Assembly: GCA_944383895.1 (NCBI GenBank) | Contig: CALWRH010000001.1 | Span: forward strand, 121,199 to 185,198 | Direction: 5' to 3' | Length of the DNA: 64,000 nt | Source: an uncultured Christensenellaceae bacterium | GTDB lineage: Bacteria > Bacillota > Clostridia > Christensenellales > UBA3700 | Shown: positions 51,996-62,542 of the stretch, in pieces | Position numbering within the stretch: the first letter of the stretch is position 1 | Layout of the letters: every line of letters begins with the position of its first letter | Translations under genes and position numbers: made by a program | The notes under the pieces: generated by a model | Told to the model about the DNA's origin: nothing | What the model saw: the letters and a program-made list of their open reading frames with translations, nothing else | Database searches by the model: none

Positions 51996-53308
51996 ATTTC
52001 GGTTTCCCCTATAAGATCGCAGCCTTCGCTTGCGATAAAACGCACCGGATAGAAATTGCCTATCTCGAGGCACTTGTCCGATCCGAACCATATCTTTGTA
52101 TCCACGTCGGGAGCGTCGTATTGAGTGCGCCCCACAAAAGCCTCAGCCTCTTCGTCGATACCTTCGTAAAGCACCTTTTCGACATTTCCTATCCTGCGTT
52201 TTGTTTTTTCGCACATTATGGATTCCTGCAACGAATACAGTCTGTCGTATCTCGCCTGCTTTACGTCTTCGTCTATCTGTCCGTCAAGACGCGCGGCTGC
52301 GGTGTTGTCTTCCTGAGAATATTTGAAGAAACCGCATCTGTCAAGTTCTGCGAATTTCAAAAATTCTTCGAGCTCGTCAACGTCCTTCCCTTCTTCTGTC
52401 GGAAAACCTACGATAAACGTACTTCTTATGCAGAAATCTCCTTTTGACCGTATCTTTTCAAACAGAGAAACTATCCCCTGTTTTGTGATACGTCTGTTCA
52501 TCTTCTTTAATATTCTGTCAGATATATGTTGACACGGTATGTCAAGATATTTGCAAATTTTATCATTGTTTGCAATATAATCGAGAAGTTCGTCGCTTAT
52601 GCCTTCGGGGTAAAGATAAAGCAGCCTTATCCACTCAACGTCGAGTTCAGAGAGCTCTTTGAGGAGATCTATAAGAAGGCTCTTTCCCGCAATATCGTAT
52701 CCGTATCTCGTCACGTCCTGGGCAACAATGATAAATTCTTTTATCGGATACTGTTTAAGAAGTTCTTTTGCCTCGTCAACGACGTCTTCTACGGGTACCG
52801 ACGTATATCTGCCTCTTATCTGCGGTATCGCGCAATATGTGCAGTGATTGTCGCAGCCCTCCGCTATCTTCAAATAAGCGTAATGCGGCGGCGTAGTGAG
52901 CACGCGAGCTTTCGTATGCAGTCTGAAATCCTTGTCGTTGGGCACGCAGACCGTATGTTTGCCGTCAAGATCTTTTATCAGCCTCGGCAACAGATGATAA
53001 CTGCCCGTGCCGAGAAAAGCGTCTACCTCGGGGAATCCGTCTTTGAGCTCGTTCATATAGCGTTGCGGAAGACAGCCCGTAACGATAAGATACCTGCAGT
53101 TCTTCTTTTTGTATTCCGCCATCTCGAGAATCGTCGAGATCGCTTCTTTTTTCGCCTCGTCTATAAACGCGCAGGTGTTGACGATTATGATCTCAGCGTC
53201 TGCGGGATCGGGCGTAAATTCATAGCCTGCTTCGGAAAGATATGCAAGCATATTTTCCGAATCTATTCTGTTTTTGTCGCAACCGAGCGACACGACTCCT
53301 ATTTTCAA
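51992..53308 (-). CDS. rimO: ribosomal protein S12 methylthiotransferase RimO (radical SAM, MiaB family)
   Basis: 438 aa with an N-terminal UPF0004 Cys triad (LGC..N..DSE...NTCAF), a radical-SAM CxxxCxxC (CDNHCTYC) and a C-terminal TRAM domain. Confidence 0.9.
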   Translation of the reverse strand: MKIGVVSLGCDKNRIDSENMLAYLSEAGYEFTPDPADAEIIIVNTCAFIDEAKKEAISTILEMAEYKKKNCRYLIVTGCLPQRYMNELKDGFPEVDAFLGTGSYHLLPRLIKDLDGKHTVCVPNDKDFRLHTKARVLTTPPHYAYLKIAEGCDNHCTYCAIPQIRGRYTSVPVEDVVDEAKELLKQYPIKEFIIVAQDVTRYGYDIAGKSLLIDLLKELSELDVEWIRLLYLYPEGISDELLDYIANNDKICKYLDIPCQHISDRILKKMNRRITKQGIVSLFEKIRSKGDFCIRSTFIVGFPTEEGKDVDELEEFLKFAELDRCGFFKYSQEDNTAAARLDGQIDEDVKQARYDRLYSLQESIMCEKTKRRIGNVEKVLYEGIDEEAEAFVGRTQYDAPDVDTKIWFGSDKCLEIGNFYPVRFIASEGCDLIGETEI

Positions 53309-53355
53309 TTATTCCTCACTTTGTCCCGATGCGGCATCGCCGCGCATGACGTTTT

Positions 53356-56300
53356 TTATTCTTCGCCGCTGCCGTCGTCCGAGAACAGTCTGTCGTATTC
53401 TTCCTGCGTTATGAGTATTTCTCTCTGCTTATTGCCGGGTGCGGGTTTGGATATAAATCCGCGCGCCTCCATCATATCGAGAAGTTTAGCCGCTCTCGGG
53501 AAACCGAGATAAAGTCTTCTCTGCAACATCGATATGGATATCGATCCGTTGTCTATCGCAAGTTTTACAGCCTGAGCGAACATCGGGTCGTGATTGCCGC
53601 TGCCGCCGCTCTCTCCCGAGTCGCCCGTCACTGCCGCCTGATCGGGCTCTTCCTGTACAAAATCGATAGCCTTCTGGATATCTTCGTCGAAGTAAGCATC
53701 GTTGTTTTCCTTTACCTGCTCTACTACGGAAAGAACTTCTCCGCCCGTGATAAACGCGCATTGCAGACGCACGGGAAGAGGTTTAGTGCTCAGCTTATAC
53801 AGCATGTCGCCCTTTCTAAGCAGCTTTTCTGCACCCGAATAGTCGAGTATCGTCTTGCTGTCTACGTTGGAAACGACCGCGAAAGCTATTCTCGTAGGCA
53901 GATTTGCCTTTATCGTACCCGTAATGACGTCGACTGAAGGTCTTTGCGTCGCAACTATGATATGAATACCCGCTGCACGCGCCTTTGCCGTAAGACGTTT
54001 GACGAGAGCCTCGAATTCTTTTGCCGACGGCGACTGCATTATATCCGCCGCCTCGTCGATGATTATGAGAATATAAGGCATCTTCTGCATTTCTTTGTTG
54101 CTCCTGCAGAAAGAGTTGTATTCTTCTATGTTGGACAACTTATGCAGTTTGATCTCCGAATAACGTCTTTCCATTTCGTCTATCGCCCATTTGAGCGCAT
54201 TGATAATCTTGGCGTTATCGCTGAGTATCTCGGGCACGAGCAAGTGAGGCAGACCTTCGTATTTATTGAATTCAACCTCTTTGGGGTCGATAAGGATAAG
54301 TCTGAGATCCTCTGGAGAATACTTGTAAAGCATACTCACGAGCATACAGTTAAGACATACCGACTTACCTGCACCGGACGCACCTGCAACGAGAGCATGC
54401 GGGAACTCTGTTATATCTCCGACGTAACACTCGCCGTCGATGTCTTTGCCGAGTGCAAAGAACAGTCCGCTCGACTTGCCGTTGTTGAACTCTTTGGAAT
54501 TGATTATAGGCTTGAGTCCTACGGTACCTCTGTTTTCGTTAGGTATTTCTATACCGACAAAACGCTTTTTGGGAATAGGCGCCTCTATACGGATGCTCTC
54601 CGCAGCAAGACACATCGCGAGGTCGTTGTAATGCTGCGGTATCTTGTTTACGCTTATTCCGGGCGGAACTTCGAGCTCGAGTCTGCTGAAAGTCGGACCT
54701 TTGACGACGTTCACGACCTTTGCGTCTATACCGAAGTTTGCAAGACAGGTTTCTACGCTCTCGATCTTCTCCGCAAAATCCGTACCCGAATCCACTTCTT
54801 CTCTGTAATCCTTCAGACAGTCGACTCTCGGAGGCACGTAGGGTTTGCGCTTGATCGGCTTTTTCGGCTTGGGTTGTTCGCTCTGCTCGCAAGTCGGTTT
54901 CGACGTTGTCTTTGCAGTATCCGCTGCCGAGGTAAGATCGCTCGTAATGCCTATTATCGGCTTTACGGGTTTAGGCTGCTCGAATACTTTAGGCTGAACA
55001 GGCTTGGGTTGCTCAAAAGACTTGGGGCTTTCCTTCTGAGTATAATCGGTCTCATTGCTCCTCTTATAATCGTCAGCGGTACCCGTAAATCCTTTGAGCG
55101 GATCTCCGCTGTGCTCCGTCTTGTCTTCTGCCTCACCGAAGTCGTCCATAGAACCGCTAAGAAGAGATTTGCCTTTTTTGTCCTCTTCTTCTCCGTCGTC
55201 GAGAAGTTTGTCTATATTGCTGAACAGATTGCGCGTAACGTCGTCCTCTGTCTTATCGACAGGTTTGTCGAAAGATACCGAAGAAACGTCGCTCTGATCC
55301 GCGCTGTCGTCGCTGACAACGTTATCGTTATCCGAACTGTCTGCGTTCTCCGCATTTTCGCGCTCCTGCTGTTCTCTCATGCGACGCAGATTTTCTTCCA
55401 TATTCCTGAGGCGGGAGTTGTTGCTGTATCCGTCGTAAACGTCTTTTTCTTCTTCTTTGGGTTTGACAGGCTGCGAAGTCTGCGTTTTCTTCTGCTCTCC
55501 GTACAGAATATCCCAGGAGCTTCTCGAATCCGCTCTGTTGTCGTCTGACAATACGGATTTTTTAACGTCACGGTTATAAAGCTTGTCCATCGCCTCTTGC
55601 TTGCGGCGGCGGTTGTATACGTCGAGCGCGTCGTCTACCACCTTGTCGCTTATCGCGTCGGACTCGTATTTTGCGTTGTAATACGAAGAATAATCTTCTG
55701 TATCTTCGGCTCCTCCGATATTTTCCATATCGTCGTATTCGACAGGCTTTTTGCCGAAACGTCTTGACATTCGTTTCGAGTGCTGTCTGCCGTCCACGTC
55801 CCCGTTGTATATATCTCTGGCGTCCTGCTGCACGACATAATCCGCATTGTCTTCTGCGCTGTACTCACTGTTGTAAGACTGTGTGCGTACGGTGCTTTCG
55901 CTCGCGCGTTTTTTGGATTTTCCGAAACCGAACTGACGCGCTCTGAACGTGATCTCATTATTGAGCTGAGAAACGATAAGCAAAGCAATTACGCCTATGA
56001 GCACAAGACCTGCAAGCACTTCGGATACGACGTAAATTTTCGTGGGGAAATACAATATAAGCGCGCCTATCCAGCCGCCGGCGGTGTCGGCATTAGAATA
56101 GCAAGCCTTCATATAATCACCGTAAGAGCCGTCTGCGTACTGTTTTGAAGAATAAAGATGGATCATTACAATAACAAGCGCGATCAAAGCGACGTAAAGC
56201 AACGTTACGCCTGTCGTAACGCTCCTTTTACGCTTAAGCATTATCGCAAGACCCACAATCATGCCGCTTACCGAATAAGCGTAAATCGCATAACCGAAGA

Positions 56301-56451
56301 CCCCGTTAAGGAATTTCGTGACAACGGCACCTGCCTTGCCGAAAACACCGAACAAAATCAGGCTCAGCACCAAAAAGACGCTGAACACTGCCAAGCCGTT
56401 GGCGAACCCCGACGATCCTCTGCGTTCTTTATATTCCGCTTTTCTTCTCAA
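53356..56451 (-). CDS. ftsK: DNA translocase FtsK/SpoIIIE
   Basis: 1031 aa with N-terminal TM helices, a long low-complexity linker, a motor domain (GASGAGKS Walker A, IIIDE Walker B) and a C-terminal gamma winged-helix domain. Confidence 0.95.
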   Translation of the reverse strand: MRRKAEYKERRGSSGFANGLAVFSVFLVLSLILFGVFGKAGAVVTKFLNGVFGYAIYAYSVSGMIVGLAIMLKRKRSVTTGVTLLYVALIALVIVMIHLYSSKQYADGSYGDYMKACYSNADTAGGWIGALILYFPTKIYVVSEVLAGLVLIGVIALLIVSQLNNEITFRARQFGFGKSKKRASESTVRTQSYNSEYSAEDNADYVVQQDARDIYNGDVDGRQHSKRMSRRFGKKPVEYDDMENIGGAEDTEDYSSYYNAKYESDAISDKVVDDALDVYNRRRKQEAMDKLYNRDVKKSVLSDDNRADSRSSWDILYGEQKKTQTSQPVKPKEEEKDVYDGYSNNSRLRNMEENLRRMREQQERENAENADSSDNDNVVSDDSADQSDVSSVSFDKPVDKTEDDVTRNLFSNIDKLLDDGEEEDKKGKSLLSGSMDDFGEAEDKTEHSGDPLKGFTGTADDYKRSNETDYTQKESPKSFEQPKPVQPKVFEQPKPVKPIIGITSDLTSAADTAKTTSKPTCEQSEQPKPKKPIKRKPYVPPRVDCLKDYREEVDSGTDFAEKIESVETCLANFGIDAKVVNVVKGPTFSRLELEVPPGISVNKIPQHYNDLAMCLAAESIRIEAPIPKKRFVGIEIPNENRGTVGLKPIINSKEFNNGKSSGLFFALGKDIDGECYVGDITEFPHALVAGASGAGKSVCLNCMLVSMLYKYSPEDLRLILIDPKEVEFNKYEGLPHLLVPEILSDNAKIINALKWAIDEMERRYSEIKLHKLSNIEEYNSFCRSNKEMQKMPYILIIIDEAADIMQSPSAKEFEALVKRLTAKARAAGIHIIVATQRPSVDVITGTIKANLPTRIAFAVVSNVDSKTILDYSGAEKLLRKGDMLYKLSTKPLPVRLQCAFITGGEVLSVVEQVKENNDAYFDEDIQKAIDFVQEEPDQAAVTGDSGESGGSGNHDPMFAQAVKLAIDNGSISISMLQRRLYLGFPRAAKLLDMMEARGFISKPAPGNKQREILITQEEYDRLFSDDGSGEE

Positions 56452-56750
56452 TTTGAACTCCTTTACCCGGATGCACGCATATTTCCCGTATGCCTGATCA
56501 CACTGAAGTCATTATAACATATCAGGCGCGATATTTCAATTATAATAATAAAATTATTGCCCGCAAATATTTTGCGAAACGATATGCGACTATAATTCTG
56601 ATTTGCAGATCGCACACCCCCCTAAAAAGCAAACCGTAAACAAAATATCCGTTTTATCCATATGTTTCCAGCAGCGCGGAAAATATAAAAAACGGCGCGC
56701 CTTAATAAGACGCGTCACGATATTTATTTATTGCCGTCAAGATAAGATCA

Positions 56751-57083
56751 TTAATGACGAACAATATATTTCTGATCTTTTTCGGGTACGGATCCGCTGC
56801 CGTCAAATCTTTCTACCGTCATACCTAAAGCATACTTTTCTCTCAAAGACGCTATCCTGTCCATAAGCGGCAACGAGTGATGCACGTCGAGCGCCGCCTG
56901 ATCTCTCCAGCGGTCTATAAGAAGTACGGTTTCAGGATCTTCGTCTGAAAAGAAATATTCGTATTTCTCGTTGCCTTCCTCTCTGCGTATTTCGTCCACA
57001 ATGCCGCTTTCCTTCATTTCCTTTACAAAAGCGCGCGCAGAACCGTCCTTTCCTTTATAATAAATGTTTACCGTTATACTCAT
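56751..57083 (-). CDS. antibiotic-biosynthesis-monooxygenase (ABM) domain protein
   Basis: 110 aa with a ferredoxin-like ABM pattern (...Y.FF.S.EDP..V.L...W.DQ.ALD.H....). Confidence 0.7.
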   Translation of the reverse strand: MSITVNIYYKGKDGSARAFVKEMKESGIVDEIRREEGNEKYEYFFSDEDPETVLLIDRWRDQAALDVHHSLPLMDRIASLREKYALGMTVERFDGSGSVPEKDQKYIVRH

Positions 57084-57089
57084 TGCAGT

Positions 57090-57491
57090 TTACTGCTTTT
57101 TATCGCATTTATAACCTGGCTTAGCGCTCAGCCCGTTCTGGCGGTCGAAGTTCTCCTTGTTTTTATTCAGATAAAGCTCGAAGAGCTCTTCAGAATCCAT
57201 GCCCGAAGTAAGACACATGCTGACGAAGAAATGAAGTATATCCACTATTTCGTATTTTATCTTCTCGTCGTCAAGCGGCTTGGGGTTTTTCCACCATTTG
57301 AAATTCACTTCGTCGATGAGCTCTGCCATTTCGCTCATCATTGCGAGAGTCTGGCGTTGCAACCACTCCGCCTTGTCGCTCCTGTCAAGGTTTCTGCGCT
57401 CTGCTATATCGTCGTTGAGAGCTTTCTGCATAAGAAAAATTTTATCCAATTTGTCCATATTCTTGTCTTCAAGTATTTCTTTTATATTCAT
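57090..57491 (-). CDS. all-alpha (MazG/dimeric-dUTPase-like) nucleotide pyrophosphatase
   Basis: 133 aa. E.AEL.DE..FKWWK and E.VD.LHF are motifs characteristic of the dimeric dUTPase/MazG-like family. Confidence 0.65.
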   Translation of the reverse strand: MNIKEILEDKNMDKLDKIFLMQKALNDDIAERRNLDRSDKAEWLQRQTLAMMSEMAELIDEVNFKWWKNPKPLDDEKIKYEIVDILHFFVSMCLTSGMDSEELFELYLNKNKENFDRQNGLSAKPGYKCDKKQ

Positions 57492-57504
57492 CTGTATCTC
57501 TCCT

Positions 57505-58767
57505 CTATTGTTTTATAGCGGCGAACAAGTCGTCCTTTATCTCTTTTCCGACGTATGCAAGACTTACTCTGCTCCTGTCGAATTCTTTTTTGTATATTTC
57601 GTTGAAATCGTCGTATTTTATCTGTTCAAGCTCAGCTATGAGCGCATCGAAGTCCTGAACCGCGTCAGCCATAAGCAGCCATTTTGCATAAAATCTCATC
57701 AATGCTCCGTTGCTGTCCTGCCCGAGTATATAAGCCGCCTTCGCCTGCTGTATGCTGCGACGGAATTCTTCTTCTGTAAATCCGTTAGCACGCACGTCGT
57801 CTATTATATTCGCGACTATTTCAACCGCCTGCAATGCCGATTTAGGGTTGGTACCGATATAAACGCCCGAATAACCGTTGTTTGCATAACATGTATTGTA
57901 AGAATATACGCTGTACGCTAAGCCGTGTTTTTCTCTGACTTCACTGAAAAGCCTGCTCGACATGCCGCCGCCGAAGACGTAACCGCCTGCGTTTACCGCA
58001 ACGTAGTTCTTATCCGTCATGCTCACGCTGGGGAACGCAAGCGCGATGTTTGCCTGCTCTATCGGCTTGAATATGTTTTTGCACGCCCCGACCGTAATGT
58101 GCGGTTCATCATGCCAGAGTCTTGCGGGGTTAGACCTGAATTTTCCTTCAAAATACTTTTCTACAAGCTTTTTCGCCTTATCCGCGCTTATATTGCCTAC
58201 AATGGAAATCACGGTATTTTCAGCGCAGTAATTTTTATCTATATAATCGACGAGGTCTTCTCTCGAAAGAGCTTTTACGGTTTCTCTCGTGCCCAGAATA
58301 GGACGAGAGAGAGCGTTTTCTCCGAAATAAAGAGATGCGACTGTATCGAGGCTCACGTCCGCGTTGTCGTCGTCGCTCATGGATATCTCTTCGAGCACGA
58401 CCTTGCGTTCTCTCTCGAGTTCTTCTTTGTCGAAGACAGATTCAAAAAGAAGATCGGACAATATCTCTGCGCATCTTTCGCTGTCTTCGTCTATGCTGAA
58501 AGTATAAAAACATGTGCTCGTCTTGCTCGTAAACGCGTTGATCTGCGCGCCCAGGGCGTCTATTTCTTTGACAATGTCAAGCGAACTGCGCGTCTTCGTA
58601 CCTTTGAAAAACATGTGCTCGAGAAAATGCGACACTCCGTTGTTGTCCGCATTTTCGTTTTCGCTGCCGGCGCCCGTGAGTATGCCTATCGCTACCGCGC
58701 GCGTTGATTTTCTCTCAAGATGTACGAGTCTGAGTCCGTCGGCAAATTGATAAACCTTAGCTTTCAT
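57505..58767 (-). CDS. M16-family (pitrilysin/insulinase-like) zinc peptidase
   Basis: It has the inverted zinc motif HFLEHM...E. I chose the ATG at 58767 (MKAKVYQF...) with SD GGAGGA over the ORF-track start at 58836. Confidence 0.88.
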   Translation of the reverse strand: MKAKVYQFADGLRLVHLERKSTRAVAIGILTGAGSENENADNNGVSHFLEHMFFKGTKTRSSLDIVKEIDALGAQINAFTSKTSTCFYTFSIDEDSERCAEILSDLLFESVFDKEELERERKVVLEEISMSDDDNADVSLDTVASLYFGENALSRPILGTRETVKALSREDLVDYIDKNYCAENTVISIVGNISADKAKKLVEKYFEGKFRSNPARLWHDEPHITVGACKNIFKPIEQANIALAFPSVSMTDKNYVAVNAGGYVFGGGMSSRLFSEVREKHGLAYSVYSYNTCYANNGYSGVYIGTNPKSALQAVEIVANIIDDVRANGFTEEEFRRSIQQAKAAYILGQDSNGALMRFYAKWLLMADAVQDFDALIAELEQIKYDDFNEIYKKEFDRSRVSLAYVGKEIKDDLFAAIKQ

Positions 58768-58877
58768 CTTTCCTCCGTTATATTTATCAGTATAAAATAT
58801 TATACGCTTTTTGTAAAGTATTAACCCCTCTTTCATAGCCGCCGTTACCCCTTCATATACTCTAAAAGGAGGTGTTT

Positions 58878-59645
58878 ATGGACTCTTTTAACGACAGCGG
58901 GGCAAATACGGTAAAAAAGGATAAAAAAAAGCGCGTTCTCATTGAAATTTTATCCAACTGCGCTATCGTAGTAATGCTCGTATCTCTGTGTATTATAGGT
59001 TTCAGCGGCAGCGGCGCATACAATACGGTATTCTCTCAAGGAGGGGAAAATTCTCCTATATACCGCGGCGAAAACACGCGTTCCGAAGTAGCTTTGATGA
59101 TAAACGTATATCAGGGCAACGAATATCTCGAGAGCATGCTCGACACGATGAAAGCATACGGAGTGCATTGCACTTTCTTTGTCGGCGGATGCTGGGCTGA
59201 CGACAACAACGAACTCATAAAACGTATAGTTGACGAAGGACACGAAATAGGCAACCACGGATATTTTCACAAAGACGCTAAAAACCTGTCATACGCGCAG
59301 AATAAAAGCGAAATAGTCGCAAATAACGACCTTATAAAAGCTATATGCGGCAAAACGCCCGTACTGTTCGCTCCCCCGTCGGGAAGTTACGGCAAAGACG
59401 TGCTCAAAGTCTGCGAAGACCTCAACATGAAAGTCATAATGTGGAGTCGGGATACGATAGACTGGCGCGACAAAAACACTCAGACTATCTATACGCGGGC
59501 AACCGACAAGATAGAGGCGGGAGATATGATACTCGCCCACCCGACTTACAATACAGCCGAGGCTTTGCCAGACATACTCAGATATTATAAAGAGCACGGA
59601 CTCAACGCTGTGACCGTTTCGCAGATAATAAGCAAGACAGTATAA
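58878..59645 (+). CDS. polysaccharide deacetylase family protein (NodB domain; PdaB-like, membrane-anchored)
   Basis: It has an N-terminal TM anchor and a NodB core (TFFVGG.W......L...V..GHEIGNHGY.H). The ATG at 58878 is preceded by AAAGGAGG. The ORF-track GTG at 58872 lies inside the SD. Confidence 0.85.
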   Translation: MDSFNDSGANTVKKDKKKRVLIEILSNCAIVVMLVSLCIIGFSGSGAYNTVFSQGGENSPIYRGENTRSEVALMINVYQGNEYLESMLDTMKAYGVHCTFFVGGCWADDNNELIKRIVDEGHEIGNHGYFHKDAKNLSYAQNKSEIVANNDLIKAICGKTPVLFAPPSGSYGKDVLKVCEDLNMKVIMWSRDTIDWRDKNTQTIYTRATDKIEAGDMILAHPTYNTAEALPDILRYYKEHGLNAVTVSQIISKTV

Positions 59646-59907
59646 GCAAACAAATTCTTCTCTGTCAAGGAATATAAGACGTATTATCAAGGCATTTAAC
59701 GCAGTAGTTACATAAATTTATCGTCCGTATTATTCTGCTCCGATATACGTCTGCTACTCTGATAAATAAAGGGGAAATTTATAAAACTCGTCTTTTGGCA
59801 ACGCGCATACATGTTGTATGGCAAAGCATAAGACAAGTAACTAAAATTATGTTTGTACAGACAATGCAAAAATTATTATATATATGAAATTTGAGTCTTG
59901 AATAAAA

Positions 59908-59932
59908 AACGCGTCGGATAATCCGACGCGTT
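59908..59932. terminator. bidirectional terminator after pnp (A6-ACGCGTCGGA-TAA-TCCGACGCGT-TTT)
   Basis: An 11-bp perfect stem lies 22 nt beyond the pnp stop. Confidence 0.85.
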
Positions 59933-59954
59933 TTGATTATTGTCTTGTGTAAGA

Positions 59955-62033
59955 TTACAGTTTCTTCACGAGGCTGAGCGAAATGCCTTTCTCGGAGATA
60001 CCGTCAACCTTTACGAGAACTTTGTCGCCTACGTTTACGACGTCTTCGACTTTCTCGACTCTCTTCTTGTCAAGCTTGGAGATATGAATCATACCGTCCT
60101 TGCCGGGAGCGATCTCGACAAATGCGCCGAAACTTGCGGTGCGGACAACGGTACCTTCGATCTCTAGACCGACTTCGGGATCGTTGACGATAAGTTCTAT
60201 CGTCTGACGAGCCTTGGAGATCATGTCTTCGTCAGGGCTTGCGATATATACGTCGCCGAAATCGTTGATGTCGATCTTTACGCCCGTTTCGTCGATGATC
60301 TTATTGATCGTCTTGCCGCCACTGCCGATAACGTCTCTTATCTTGTCGGGGTTGATGTTGAAGGATATGATCTTGGGAGCGTACTTGGACAGATTAGCTC
60401 TCGGCGCGGGCAATACTGCGAGCATTTTGCCGAGGATCTCGAGTCTGCCGACCTTAGCCTGTGCAAGCGCTTTGCGCAGGATCTCTTCGTTGATACCCTT
60501 GATCTTAATATCCATCTGTATTGCGGTGATACCTTCGGTGGTACCTGCAACCTTGAAGTCCATATCGCCGAGGAAGTCTTCAAGTCCCTGAATATCGGTA
60601 AGAACGCTTACCTTGCTCTTGTCCTCGTTGGAGATAAGTCCCATAGCTACGCCTGCAACGGGTCTCTTGAGCGGAACACCTGCGTCCATAAGAGCGAGAG
60701 TGCTGCCGCAGACGCTTGCCTGAGAAGTGCTGCCGTTACTGCTGAGAACTTCGGATACAGTTCTGATAGCATACGGGAAGCTGTCCTCGCTGGGGAGCAT
60801 CGGCTCGAGAGCGCGTTCTGCAAGAGCGCCGTGTCCGATCTCACGTCTGCCCGGGCTCTTCATCGGTTTAGCCTCGCCGGTGCTGTACGGCGGGAAGTTG
60901 TAGTGATGGATATATCTCTTGCATACTTCGTCGTCAAGACCTTCGAGTTTCTGAACTTCGCTTATGCTGCCGAGCGTAGCGCAAGTGAGAACCTGCGTCT
61001 GACCTCTGGTGAACACGCCGCTGCCGTGAACTCTCGGAAGAACGCCGACTTCGCACCATATAGGTCTGATCTCGGTGAGCTTTCTGCCGTCGGGACGGAT
61101 GCCTTCGTCAAGAATCTTAGCTCTGACTTTAGCTTTCTTCATAGCGTAAAGCACTTCGCCCATGTCTTTCTTACCTTCGGGGAACTGCTCTGCGAAATGG
61201 CTGTAAACGTCGTTGTCGAGCTCTTCTTCAGCCTTTTCTCTTTCCTGTCTGTCGAAATGGTTGAGCACTTCGTCCATCTTCTTGTCGGCATACTCTTTGA
61301 CAGCCGCCTCGATCTCGGGAGCAGGATGATAAAGTTCGGGAACGATTTTTTCTTTGCCGATCTCTTTCTGGATACCTTCGATGAACGCAACGATCTTCTT
61401 GATCTCTTCGTGTCCGAACAGGATAGCGCCGATCATTTCTTCTTCGGTCACTTCGTTAGCACCAGCCTCGACCATGAGGATAGCCTCTTTGGTACCGCTG
61501 AGCGAAAGGTGGAGTTTGCTCTTATCTCTCTGCGCGGTGTTGGGGTTGATGACGTATTCGCCGTCAACGTAACCGACAACTACCGAGCCCGTAGGTCCTG
61601 CAAACGGAATATCGGAAATGCTGAGCGCGATAGAGCTGCCGAGCATTGCGTAAACCTCGGGCGGAATATCCGTATCAACGGAAAGACATGTAGCGACTAC
61701 CGCGACGTCGTTGTAGAAACCCTTGGGGAACAACGGTCTGAGCGGACGGTCGATAAGTCTCGACGTAAGGATAGCCTTGTCGCTGGGACGTCCTTCGCGC
61801 TTTTTGAAACCGCCGGGGATCTTGCCGACGGAATACATCTTTTCTTCGAAATCGACGCCGAGGGGGAAGAAATCCACGCCTTCTCTCGGGGTCTTTGCCA
61901 TGGTCGCGTTTACCATAACGACGGTGTCGCCGCATCTTACGATACAACTGCCGTTAGCTTGTCCGCAATACGCGCCCGTTTCGACGGTTACTTCTCTGCC
62001 GCCGATCTGAGTGGAAAAAATCTTTCTTTCCAT
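59955..62033 (-). CDS. pnp: polyribonucleotide nucleotidyltransferase (PNPase)
   Basis: 692 aa with two RNase PH domains plus KH (GGK.I..I...TG..I.I) and S1 (G.V.....FGAFVE) domains. Confidence 0.97.
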   Translation of the reverse strand: MERKIFSTQIGGREVTVETGAYCGQANGSCIVRCGDTVVMVNATMAKTPREGVDFFPLGVDFEEKMYSVGKIPGGFKKREGRPSDKAILTSRLIDRPLRPLFPKGFYNDVAVVATCLSVDTDIPPEVYAMLGSSIALSISDIPFAGPTGSVVVGYVDGEYVINPNTAQRDKSKLHLSLSGTKEAILMVEAGANEVTEEEMIGAILFGHEEIKKIVAFIEGIQKEIGKEKIVPELYHPAPEIEAAVKEYADKKMDEVLNHFDRQEREKAEEELDNDVYSHFAEQFPEGKKDMGEVLYAMKKAKVRAKILDEGIRPDGRKLTEIRPIWCEVGVLPRVHGSGVFTRGQTQVLTCATLGSISEVQKLEGLDDEVCKRYIHHYNFPPYSTGEAKPMKSPGRREIGHGALAERALEPMLPSEDSFPYAIRTVSEVLSSNGSTSQASVCGSTLALMDAGVPLKRPVAGVAMGLISNEDKSKVSVLTDIQGLEDFLGDMDFKVAGTTEGITAIQMDIKIKGINEEILRKALAQAKVGRLEILGKMLAVLPAPRANLSKYAPKIISFNINPDKIRDVIGSGGKTINKIIDETGVKIDINDFGDVYIASPDEDMISKARQTIELIVNDPEVGLEIEGTVVRTASFGAFVEIAPGKDGMIHISKLDKKRVEKVEDVVNVGDKVLVKVDGISEKGISLSLVKKL

Positions 62034-62117
62034 TACTAACCTCCAATTAGTACGTTATATATACCTTTATTTTTAACGATTTGAGCCGTGCTTAGCCGCA
62101 CGGAAGGCTGTACGCAT

Positions 62118-62152
62118 AGAAAAACGGGGTTGCCGAAAACGACACCCCCGTT
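62118..62152 (-). terminator. rpsO terminator/attenuator hairpin (AACGGGG...CCCCGTT plus U5) in the rpsO-pnp spacer
   Basis: It is read on the minus strand right after the rpsO stop. A second hairpin, CCGTGC-GGCTAA-GCACGG (about 62086-62103), follows. This is the usual layout of the pnp leader, which is processed by RNase III in other bacteria. Confidence 0.7.
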
Positions 62153-62157
62153 GCCTT

Positions 62158-62424
62158 TTACTTTCTCAGACCGAGTTTAGCGACCAACGCGCGGTAACGC
62201 TCGATATCGCTCTCCTTGAGATAGTTGAGCATGTTGCGTCTTTTACCGACCATCTGTTTCAGACCTCTCATGCTGTGGAAGTCTTTCTTGTGAACCGCGA
62301 AGTGCTCGTTGAGCTGCTCGATTCTTGCGGTAAGAAGTGCGATCTGAACTTCAGGTGAACCCGTGTCGCCTTCATGTTGTGCGTACTGAGCAATGATCTG
62401 CTCTTTGGTAAGATTCTTTTCCAT
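62158..62424 (-). CDS. rpsO: 30S ribosomal protein S15
   Basis: 88 aa with [18 protein letters not shown]...HKKD.HS.RGL. SD AAGGAGG. Confidence 0.98.
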   Translation of the reverse strand: MEKNLTKEQIIAQYAQHEGDTGSPEVQIALLTARIEQLNEHFAVHKKDFHSMRGLKQMVGKRRNMLNYLKESDIERYRALVAKLGLRK

Positions 62425-62513
62425 TGTTTTGCCTCCTTTCTTTGGAAAATTAATTTGCCTGCGACTGAGAAAGACATCGGAGTTTTTGACTATCCCGGTC
62501 GAGGTACATTAAG

Positions 62514-62542
62514 ATATTAGCATAAATAAATATAATAAGCAA
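62514..62542 (-). promoter_or_regulatory. candidate sigma-A promoter of rpsO (TTGCTT-17-TAATAT), leaving a leader of about 85 nt
   Basis: The hexamers are read on the minus strand. The leader could hold an S15 autoregulatory structure, but I could not fold one convincingly. Confidence 0.4.

Noticed and set aside
54880-55030. Short tandem repeat in ftsK (SFEQPKPVQPKVFEQPKPVKP)
   Set aside because: It lies in the low-complexity linker of FtsK, which is notoriously repetitive and variable. It is not an independent element.
52526-55548. Plus-strand ORFs 52526..53512 (328 aa) and 53944..55548 (534 aa) antisense to rimO/ftsK
   Set aside because: The same reasoning applies, because the minus-strand genes carry radical-SAM and FtsK motor motifs.
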